NCBI GenBank assembly: GCA_965227515.1
Contig: CBDDFZ010000001.1
Span: 1,664,001 to 1,728,000, forward strand
Direction of reading: 5' to 3'
From: Alphaproteobacteria bacterium
Lineage (GTDB): Bacteria; Pseudomonadota; Alphaproteobacteria; CALKHQ01
Length of the DNA stretch: 64,000 bases
In this document: positions 56,649-64,000 of the stretch, piece after piece
Layout: each line of letters begins with the position of its first letter
How positions within the stretch are numbered: position 1 is the first letter of the stretch
Made by a program: the position numbers and the translations under genes
Notes under the pieces: model-generated
Seen by the model: only the letters and a program-made list of their open reading frames with translations
Database searches by the model: none
Told to the model about the DNA's origin: nothing

Positions 56649-57846
56649 CGGCGCCCCAGCGCCAGAACCCGTCGCCGGCCTCGGCGTAGCGCTTTGCCAA
56701 CACCATGCGGTGGACCTCGTCGGCGCCGTCGACCAGCCGCGCCTGGCGGGCGTAGCGGTAGATCCATTCCAGCACCGTGTCCTTGGAATAGCCGCGCGCG
56801 CCGTTGAGCTGGATCGCGGTATCCGCCGCCCGGTGCAGGGTGTTGGCGACGTGCACCTTGGCCATGGAGACTTCGGCGCGCGCCCGGTCGCCCTGGTCCA
56901 GCAGCCAGGCCGCGTGCATCACCGACAACCGCCCGATCTGGATGTCGTGGGCGACCGCGCCCATCAGCAGTTGCACCGACTCCCGGTCGGCGAGCTTGAC
57001 CCCGAACCCCTCGCGCTCGGACGTGTACGCGGCGGCGATCTCCATGCAGCGCTTGGCGAGCCCCAGCCAGCGCATACAGTGGGTGAGGCGGGCGGTGCCG
57101 AGCCGGATCTGGGTCAGCTTCAGACCGTCGCCGACCTCCATCAGCCGGTTCTCGTCGGGGATGACCAGGCCGTCGAAGCGCAGCTCGCAGTGGCCGCCAT
57201 GCTCCTCCGGCCCCATGATCGGGATGCGGCGCTCGATGCGCCAGCCCGGCTGGTCCTTGTCGAACAGGAACGCGGTCAGCCCGCGGCGCGGGTCGTCGCT
57301 GGTGCGCGCGATCAGGATGAAATGGCTGGCCACGCCGGCCCCGGTGATGAACCACTTGTGGCCGTTGACCACCCAATTGTCGCCGTCGCGGGTCGCGGTG
57401 GTGCGGATCATCGTCGGGTCCGAACCGCCGCCGGGGTGCGGCTCGGTCATCGCGAAGGCGGAGCGGACGGTGCCGTCGACGATGGGCTGCAGCCAGCGCG
57501 TCTTCTGGGCGTCGGTCGCCACCTTCTCCAGCACCGTCATGTTGCCGTCGTCGGGGGCGGCGCAATTGAAGCAGACCGGGCCGAAGATCGAGCGGTTGGC
57601 CTCCTCGTACATCACCGCGCGGCCGACCACGCCAAGCCCCATGCCACCGCGCGCGGGCGGCATCTGCGGCGACCACAGGCCGGCTTCCTTCACCTGGGCC
57701 TGCACGACGGCCAGCAGGTCGGGGCGGATGTTCTGGTGGTCGTCGTAGTTGGCCGCGTCGGCCTCTAGCGGCAGGATGTGCCGGTCGACGAAGGCACGGG
57801 TGCGCAGGCGCACGTCCTCTACTGCGGGGTCCAGCGCAAAGTCCAA
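56638..57846 (-). CDS. Acyl-CoA dehydrogenase (LvaC/ACAD11-like), TTG start
   Basis: GGAGGA RBS, NCAAPDDGNM, FAMTEP, GHKWFITG, RLVDGADEVH. Confidence 0.92.
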   Translation of the reverse strand: MDFALDPAVEDVRLRTRAFVDRHILPLEADAANYDDHQNIRPDLLAVVQAQVKEAGLWSPQMPPARGGMGLGVVGRAVMYEEANRSIFGPVCFNCAAPDDGNMTVLEKVATDAQKTRWLQPIVDGTVRSAFAMTEPHPGGGSDPTMIRTTATRDGDNWVVNGHKWFITGAGVASHFILIARTSDDPRRGLTAFLFDKDQPGWRIERRIPIMGPEEHGGHCELRFDGLVIPDENRLMEVGDGLKLTQIRLGTARLTHCMRWLGLAKRCMEIAAAYTSEREGFGVKLADRESVQLLMGAVAHDIQIGRLSVMHAAWLLDQGDRARAEVSMAKVHVANTLHRAADTAIQLNGARGYSKDTVLEWIYRYARQARLVDGADEVHRMVLAKRYAEAGDGFWRWGADGA

Positions 57847-57848
57847 GG

Positions 57849-58820
57849 CTAGTGATCCTCCACGAGGTTTTCGGTCGGCGCGGCGCCGGAGGCGATCAAC
57901 AGCCCACCGGTCAGGGCATCGGCGCGCGGCGTGATCATGCGCGGCTGGATGGTCTCGGGCAACCAGGGCTGCACCGCCGCCGCCATGCCGCCGTGCAGTG
58001 CCGCCGGCCACGCGCCGGCCGGGTCCAGGATCGCGATCAGCCGGCCGATCTCGCGCCCGGCCGCCGCCAGCAGCACCCGCGCGGCGGGATCGCTGTCCCC
58101 GGTCTCCGCGACCATGCGCGCGATGGCGGCGAAATCGGCGGGCTGGGCGCGGGTCAGCCACTCGATGATGGCGACGTGATCGTCGCCGCAATGGGCGCGC
58201 ACCCGGCGCAGCAGGTCTGTATCGGGCGCATGGGCCATGCCGGCGGGCATGGCGTCGGCGTCCGCCGGTATCATCGGCGAGCCAGCGATGTCGTGGGCCA
58301 ACCGGCCCTCATCCACGGCGCGGATTGCCAACGACAGCGCGCGATACCCTGTCCAGGCCCCACCGCCTTCGTCGCCGATGGGAAAGCCCCAGCCGCCGGC
58401 CTGGTGGCAGCCGCCGGCCTCGTCCAGCGCCATGGCATTGCTGCCGGTGCCGACGACCACCAGCACGCCGGGCTTGCCCTCGTGGGCGCCGATCAGCGCG
58501 ATGTAGGCGTCTGAGACGATGTCGAGGCTGTGGGTGGGCGGCAGGGCGGCGATGAACTGCGCCCGCCGCTCCATGTTGCGATGGCCGGCCAGCGCGCAGA
58601 CGACGGCGGTGTCGGCCAGGGCGGTCTGGCCAAGCCCGGCGGTCGCGACAGCCTGCTCGGCCATCGATGTGACGGCGGCAATGGCGCCCTCGGCACTGAC
58701 GGTCAGGCTGGCCGGGCCGGCGGTCGCCTCGGCCAGCACGGTGCCGTCGCGATCGGCCAGCCGCGCGGTGGCGTGGCTCGCCCCGCCGTCCACCGCCAGC
58801 AGGAAGCGCGGTGCGCTCAT
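57849..58820 (-). CDS. BadF/BadG/BcrA/BcrD family kinase (GlcNAc kinase-like)
   Basis: VDGGAS, SDAYIAL, VGTGS, GGWGFPIGDEGGG. Confidence 0.88.
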   Translation of the reverse strand: MSAPRFLLAVDGGASHATARLADRDGTVLAEATAGPASLTVSAEGAIAAVTSMAEQAVATAGLGQTALADTAVVCALAGHRNMERRAQFIAALPPTHSLDIVSDAYIALIGAHEGKPGVLVVVGTGSNAMALDEAGGCHQAGGWGFPIGDEGGGAWTGYRALSLAIRAVDEGRLAHDIAGSPMIPADADAMPAGMAHAPDTDLLRRVRAHCGDDHVAIIEWLTRAQPADFAAIARMVAETGDSDPAARVLLAAAGREIGRLIAILDPAGAWPAALHGGMAAAVQPWLPETIQPRMITPRADALTGGLLIASGAAPTENLVEDH

Positions 58821-59746
58821 GCCCGGGCCTCGCCGTAGTAGAGCGTGACCGTGTGCTTGGCCTCGGCGAAGAACAGCCAGCGGCCGACCAGGGTGCCGGC
58901 CAGGGCGCTGGCGAATGCGAGCAGGCTGAGCACGGCACCGAGCCAGCGGTCGCCTGTCGCCAGCACGATCACGGCCAAGAGGGCGGGCACCGCCGCAGCG
59001 GCCAGTAAAGCGATGACGCGCAGGCGCGTGGCGTGCCGGCGCGCGATCCGGAAGCCCATCTCCTTCATCAGGTAGTTGGGCTCGGTGTGCGGCGGCTCCA
59101 GCATGCGGACCTTTCCGATGTAGCCAAGGCCGGTGGCGGTACCGCTGTCGCTGATCGACGCGGTGCGGTCCATCCGCCACCAATAGGCGATCTGGAGGCC
59201 GCTTGTCAGCGCGGCGGCCGCGAGTGCCTGCCATGCCATCCAGGGCAGGTACTGGCCGAACAGCAGGGCCAGCAGCAGATAGGCCTGCGCGCCGGTCAGC
59301 CAGGCATACGCGAGATACAGCGCCGGGGTGTAGGCGTTGTGCCAGTGCCGCACCGTCTTCAACGAGGCATAGATCATCGCCGTGCACAGCACGGTGACGA
59401 CCGCCAGAACGGCTGTGACCGTGCCCAGGGCGCCGCTGAACTCCTCGCGGAACACCCACAGCGCGCCCAGCACTACGGCCGGCAGGAACGTGACCAGGGC
59501 GGCCACGCCCTCGCGCGACAGCCACGACGACCGCCATTGGCTGAGCGCCCGCCAGGCCCGCTCCGGATGGCCGAGGTGAAAGGTGGAGGACACCAGCCCG
59601 GCTGCGGCCAGCCCCAACGCCAGCGTGAAGCCAACGAGCCCGCTGCCCCATTCCGGTGCCAGCAGCCCCAGCGACAGCAGGAACAACAGCCCGTAGCCGG
59701 CACCCGACAGCGTCGTGAACACGATGATGGAAAGGGCGGGGTGCAT
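58817..59746 (-). CDS. soeC: Sulfite dehydrogenase membrane anchor (DmsC family)
   Basis: MHPALSIIVFTTLSGAGYG, HLGHPERAW, SSWLSRE, RWLFFAEAKH. Confidence 0.85.
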   Translation of the reverse strand: MHPALSIIVFTTLSGAGYGLLFLLSLGLLAPEWGSGLVGFTLALGLAAAGLVSSTFHLGHPERAWRALSQWRSSWLSREGVAALVTFLPAVVLGALWVFREEFSGALGTVTAVLAVVTVLCTAMIYASLKTVRHWHNAYTPALYLAYAWLTGAQAYLLLALLFGQYLPWMAWQALAAAALTSGLQIAYWWRMDRTASISDSGTATGLGYIGKVRMLEPPHTEPNYLMKEMGFRIARRHATRLRVIALLAAAAVPALLAVIVLATGDRWLGAVLSLLAFASALAGTLVGRWLFFAEAKHTVTLYYGEARA

Positions 59747-59895
59747 TCGGGCGGAACAGCCGGTCGGTGGATTGGATACCCTTCCTAGCAAATTGGCGGG
59801 CGTTGGCGCGACTGCCGTGTCGGGCCTGAGGCAATGCGCCTGTTTACGCCCATCAAGGTCTTCCCCGCAGGCGCGCCATCGTACATGTTCATGAT

Positions 59896-60348
59896 ATGTA
59901 CACTCTGAAGCCCGGCATCAAGCGCGATCCCATGCGGCGCTGGGCGTTGCCCGACCGTGTCTTCTTCGGCCATGGCGCCTGCCATATTCTGGCCGGTGCC
60001 TATCTGGCGAGGCCGCCATTGCCCGGCTTTCGTGCCGAGCGGATCGTTCCGCGCGACGACTTGGCGGGGAACCATATCTACCTCACCGACGGCGACATCG
60101 CCTTCGACTATCACGGCTATTCCGTGCGCCGGCGTCTGCTCGACCATCATCGCAAGGGCTGGTCGGGCCGATATCCCGGCTGGGATTGCGCGATCGAGGA
60201 GGTCGATTTCGACCTGCTGTGCACCGCGGCGCTGAACGGCCGCAAGATGCTGGGACCGGATCAGTACCTGTTCGATCCGGTGCCGCGCGCCCACCGCTTC
60301 ATCGCCAGGATCGATCACACTCGCGCATCGAGTTGTGCGCAACGGTGA
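59896..60348 (+). CDS. Hypothetical protein with possible Cys-His-Asp triad
   Basis: GACHILA, GNHIY, AFDYHG; coding-like codon usage. Confidence 0.72.
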   Translation: MYTLKPGIKRDPMRRWALPDRVFFGHGACHILAGAYLARPPLPGFRAERIVPRDDLAGNHIYLTDGDIAFDYHGYSVRRRLLDHHRKGWSGRYPGWDCAIEEVDFDLLCTAALNGRKMLGPDQYLFDPVPRAHRFIARIDHTRASSCAQR

Positions 60349-60359
60349 GCGCTCTCCAA

Positions 60360-60983
60360 CTAATCCTCTTGGGGCAGGAAGAACGCCTCGTCCGCCATTT
60401 CCGGCCGGGCGACGATGCTGTCCACCCGCCAGCGTCCGGCGGGCGATTCCCGGAGCAGGAAGGCAACCGGGCCCTCGTTGGTGTCGACCGCATGGACAAC
60501 AACCTGCCTGGCGCCGTCGCCCTGGGTGATCTCGTCGACCGACTGCACCTCAACCGGACCTGCAAAATCGATGGCGTGAATGCCGAGCTGATCGGCCGAC
60601 CACAGGATGACCTGAAAACTGTGGAACACGTCGATGCCAAGGAACGGCCTTTCATAGTCCATCGGGTGCTCATAGGGGCCGAACTGAGCGTCGAAGGCTT
60701 GCCTCTTCAGGTCCTGGTCGGCATCCGGGTCGAGGTAGTCGTCGAACTGGAACCGCTGAACGTGCATCATGAACCGCATCCTGGCCGTCGGGTCGAGCGC
60801 GAAGTAGGCAGCGATGAAATCGTCCTCGGCGAAGACTTCCGAGTAGGTCTGGACCGCCGCTTCGGGGGTCGAGAGGTCCAATACCTGCTCGACCCGCGAC
60901 ATGGGAGGGCTCGCCATGGCGGCTGCCGCATATCCCGTGGCGGTCGCAGCGGCGATGGCAAGACTGAACGTTCGCAGGATCAT
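60360..60983 (-). CDS. Secreted hypothetical protein (NTF2-like signature)
   Basis: GGAG RBS, signal peptide AMA-S, STPEAAV at N-terminus, GRWRVDSI at C-terminus. Confidence 0.72.
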   Translation of the reverse strand: MILRTFSLAIAAATATGYAAAAMASPPMSRVEQVLDLSTPEAAVQTYSEVFAEDDFIAAYFALDPTARMRFMMHVQRFQFDDYLDPDADQDLKRQAFDAQFGPYEHPMDYERPFLGIDVFHSFQVILWSADQLGIHAIDFAGPVEVQSVDEITQGDGARQVVVHAVDTNEGPVAFLLRESPAGRWRVDSIVARPEMADEAFFLPQED

Positions 60984-61005
60984 AGCGATCTCCGTTGATC
61001 GGGGT

Positions 61006-61749
61006 TCAGGGCAGCGCCGACAGCGCGCGGTCGAGCCAGGCGAGGAAGCCCGTGGGCTTGGCGCCGCCATCCTCGGGCACTGGCGCGGGATCGCTGGCAT
61101 CGCGCGACACCTTCGGGCGCGGCGGCAGGTATTTGTTTGTTGGCCGGCAGCCCATTTCCGGCATCAGGTCATAGCCTTGGCGCTCGCGCACCAGTGACGA
61201 AACCGCCGAGTCCGGGTCGGCAAGGTCGCCGAAGTGCCGCGCGCCGGTCGGGCAGGCATTGACGCAGGCGGGCTGGCGCTGCGCCTCCGGGATCGTCTCG
61301 TTCTCGATGCGGTCGACGCAGAGCGTACATTTCTTCATCACCCCGCCCAGCGTGTCCATCTCGCGCGCGCCATAGGGGCAGGCCCAGGCACACAGCCCGC
61401 AACCGATGCACAAATCCTCCTCCACCAGCACGATGCCGTCGTCGGCGCGCCTGTAAGAGGCGCCGGTCGGGCACACGGTCACGCACGGCGCGTTGTCGCA
61501 ATGCAGGCAGGAGCGCGGGAAATAGACCGTGCGGGCATGCGGGCCCTCGCCAACCTCGAACCCGTGCACCCGGTTCAGCCAGGCGCCGGCGACATCCTTG
61601 CCGTAGGCGTTCTCGTCGGACAGCGGCGCGACATGGCCGCCGGTGTTCCACTCCTTGCAACTGGTCACACAGGCCTGGCAGCCGACGCAGGTGTCGAGGT
61701 CGATGACCAGGCCCAGCTTGCGCGGTGGGGAGGGCGGCAGCGAGGTCAC
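61006..61749 (-). CDS. soeB: Sulfite dehydrogenase 4Fe-4S subunit
   Basis: LVIDLDTCVGCQAC, CKEWNTGG, CLHCDNAPCVTVCP, CIGCGLCAWACP. Confidence 0.88.
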   Translation of the reverse strand: MTSLPPSPPRKLGLVIDLDTCVGCQACVTSCKEWNTGGHVAPLSDENAYGKDVAGAWLNRVHGFEVGEGPHARTVYFPRSCLHCDNAPCVTVCPTGASYRRADDGIVLVEEDLCIGCGLCAWACPYGAREMDTLGGVMKKCTLCVDRIENETIPEAQRQPACVNACPTGARHFGDLADPDSAVSSLVRERQGYDLMPEMGCRPTNKYLPPRPKVSRDASDPAPVPEDGGAKPTGFLAWLDRALSALP

Positions 61750-64000
61750 TTGCCGCCTCCCAGGACTGGGACATCCAGGTAACGCGCGGTCTGGGCGTGG
61801 CGGCTGAAGTCGGCGCCATAGCGCACGTCCTCAGGCGACGGCGGCAGGCCGGGCGGCAGCGGCAGGGCGTCGAAGCGCGGCTCGGTCGCCTCGGCACCCT
61901 CCGCCTTCTCGATCGAGACCCGCAGGTCGAACCATGCCGCCTGGCCGGTGATCGGGTCGGCGACCGGGCGCCGGTGGCCGTAGCCGTCGGCCGGGAGCCG
62001 CTCGTCGATCAGGTGGTTGAGCAGGAAGCCCTTCGTTGCCTCCGGCGCGTCCGGCTTCAGGTTCCAGGCCCCGGCTCGCTTGCCGATGGCGTTCCAGGTC
62101 CACACCGTCTGCTCGTTGACGCCGGCCATCCGCCTGACCTCAACCTTTATGCGGCCGTTGCGGCTGGAAAGCCACGCCCAGTCGCCGTCCTGCAGGTCGT
62201 GCCGGTCGGCCAGTGCGTGGGAGATGTAGAGCACGTTGCGCGCCATGATCTGGCGCAGCCACGCGTTCTGCGATCCCCAGGAGTGGTACATCGCCATCGG
62301 CCGCTGGGTGATGGCGTGGAGCGGATAGGCGGCCTCGTCGGTGGCCTGGTCCTCGTGCGGCGGGTGCCAGAACGGCAGCGGATCGAAATGGCGGGCGATC
62401 CAGTCGCGCTGGTCATCCGGTGGCTGCACCGGGCCGTGGCCCTCGGCGGCGCGGCGGAAGCGCTGCAGCGGCTCGGCATAGAGCTGCAGGATCACCGGAT
62501 CGGGCGTGGCGACGAAGCCCATGCGCTCTGCATATTTCAGGTAGGCGGCGTTGCCGTGCTTGTAGAAGCGCTGGTCGTCGGCCAGCCGGTCGTGCCAGAA
62601 GCAGCCGTTCTCGATGTAGCGGTCGAGCTGGTCCGGATTGGGCGCGCCCTCGCCGTGCTGGGTGCCGCCTTCGCCGCGCCATCCGGCCAGGCTGCCGATG
62701 CCGGGCCGGCGCTCGTGATTGACCAGATAGTCCGGGTAGCCGCCCGGATAGCGCGGGCCGCCGTCCGGCTCGGTCATGCCGGGCAGGCCTAGCCGCGCGC
62801 CCAGGTCCAGCAGCACGGACTGGAACGGCCGCACGTCGCGGTCGGGCTCGACGACCGGCTGCCGGATCGCGTCGGCGGGGCCGTCGGCCTCCGAAATCGG
62901 CCGGTCGAGCAGCGAGACGCAGTCCCATCGCTCCAGATAGGTGGTGTCCGGCAGCACGATGTCGGCGTAGGCCACCGTCTCCGAATAGTAGGCGTCGGAA
63001 TAGACGATGTGCGGGATCTTGTAGTCGCCGGTGGCCTCGTCCTTCGCCGCCAGCCGCTGCATGGTCTCGGCCGTGTTCATGGCCGAGTTCCAGGCCATGT
63101 TGGCCATGTACATGAACAGGGTGTCGATGGGGTAGGGGTCGCCGTCCACCGCGTTGCGGATCACCAGGTGCATCATGCCGTGGGCGGCAATCGGCGCCTC
63201 CCACGAATAGGCGCCGTCGATGCGCATCGGCCGGCCGTCGGCGTCGAGCAGCAGGTCCTCCGGCGCTTGGGGGAAGCCCAGCGGCGGACCCGGCAATGGC
63301 TGGCCGGCGCGGACCTGGTCGGGCTTGCCGGCGGGCAGCGGGCCGGGCGGGGCCGGGCGCGGGAACGGCGCCTTGTAGCGGAAGCCGCCGGGCGCATCGA
63401 TGCTGCCGAGCAGGACCTGCAACAAATGCAGCGCGCGGCAGGTGTGGAAACCGTTTGAGTGGGCGGAGATGCCGCGCATGGCGTGCATGGAGACCGGGCG
63501 GCCGACCATGCGCGAGTGGTGCTCGCCGGTCCAGTCGGTCCACGGCTGGTCGATGGCGATCTCATGGTCGAAGGCGGCCGCGATCAGCTCGTCGCCGATG
63601 CGCCGGATGGTGGCTGCCGGCACGCCGCACTGGTCCGCCACCGCCTCCGGCGCATAGGCCGGGTCGAGATAGCGCTCGGCCAGCAGCTCCAGCACGGGCC
63701 GGGCCTGGCGGCCGTCCTCCAGCGTCACCGCGCCATGCAGGGCGGCCGCCATCGGCGCCTCGCGATGGGGCAGGGCGCGCTGGCGCAGGCGATGCCAGAC
63801 CTGCGGCTGGCCCTCGCCGTCGCGCGCGAACAGGCCATGGTCGGCGGCCTCGGGGTCCTCCACTACCAGCCAGCCGGCATTGGTGAACCTGAGCAGGTAG
63901 TCCAGGTCGATGCGGTGCTTCGACAGCACGTGATGGATCAGCGCCATCACGAACAGGCCGTCGCGGCCGGGCCGGATGCCGATCCATTCGTCGGCGATGG
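61746..64000 (-). CDS. soeA: Sulfite dehydrogenase molybdopterin subunit; 5' truncated by window
   Basis: HAMRGISAHSNGF, YMANMAWNS, MYHSWGSQNAWLRQI, VWTWNAIGK; frame open to window edge. Confidence 0.9.
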   Translation of the reverse strand, partial: IADEWIGIRPGRDGLFVMALIHHVLSKHRIDLDYLLRFTNAGWLVVEDPEAADHGLFARDGEGQPQVWHRLRQRALPHREAPMAAALHGAVTLEDGRQARPVLELLAERYLDPAYAPEAVADQCGVPAATIRRIGDELIAAAFDHEIAIDQPWTDWTGEHHSRMVGRPVSMHAMRGISAHSNGFHTCRALHLLQVLLGSIDAPGGFRYKAPFPRPAPPGPLPAGKPDQVRAGQPLPGPPLGFPQAPEDLLLDADGRPMRIDGAYSWEAPIAAHGMMHLVIRNAVDGDPYPIDTLFMYMANMAWNSAMNTAETMQRLAAKDEATGDYKIPHIVYSDAYYSETVAYADIVLPDTTYLERWDCVSLLDRPISEADGPADAIRQPVVEPDRDVRPFQSVLLDLGARLGLPGMTEPDGGPRYPGGYPDYLVNHERRPGIGSLAGWRGEGGTQHGEGAPNPDQLDRYIENGCFWHDRLADDQRFYKHGNAAYLKYAERMGFVATPDPVILQLYAEPLQRFRRAAEGHGPVQPPDDQRDWIARHFDPLPFWHPPHEDQATDEAAYPLHAITQRPMAMYHSWGSQNAWLRQIMARNVLYISHALADRHDLQDGDWAWLSSRNGRIKVEVRRMAGVNEQTVWTWNAIGKRAGAWNLKPDAPEATKGFLLNHLIDERLPADGYGHRRPVADPITGQAAWFDLRVSIEKAEGAEATEPRFDALPLPPGLPPSPEDVRYGADFSRHAQTARYLDVPVLGGGK

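Overview
High-GC chromosomal window from an alphaproteobacterium (Rhodospirillales-like, judged from gene content and the rarA-fluC-rluA-HAD-ATP12-acyP and lipB-tRNA-Leu-mgtE order). It holds about 59 CDS and one tRNA-Leu(GAG). I saw no transposase, integrase, phage gene or CRISPR array. Recognisable modules: a persulfide dioxygenase / DUF442-SQR / SulP sulfide-oxidation cassette with a Crp/Fnr regulator, glgC-glgA, a TRAP transporter, a 7TM-DISM kinase / LuxR regulator pair with a lipoprotein, an lva-like acyl-CoA phosphorylation cluster, and soeABC split by two extra genes. The most unusual signals are non-coding. (1) A perfect sigma54 promoter with three TTGCA-N3-TGCAA (LuxO-type) enhancer boxes precedes a structured leader/small ORF and a Nudix-fold protein lacking its catalytic residues. 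(2) At least five families of intergenic palindromes occur, including a 177-179 bp hairpin doublet with covarying stems and a diverged core of fixed length. (3) A 14-bp tandem repeat abuts the sqr ribosome-binding site. All protein calls come from motif recognition by eye; no database was searched.
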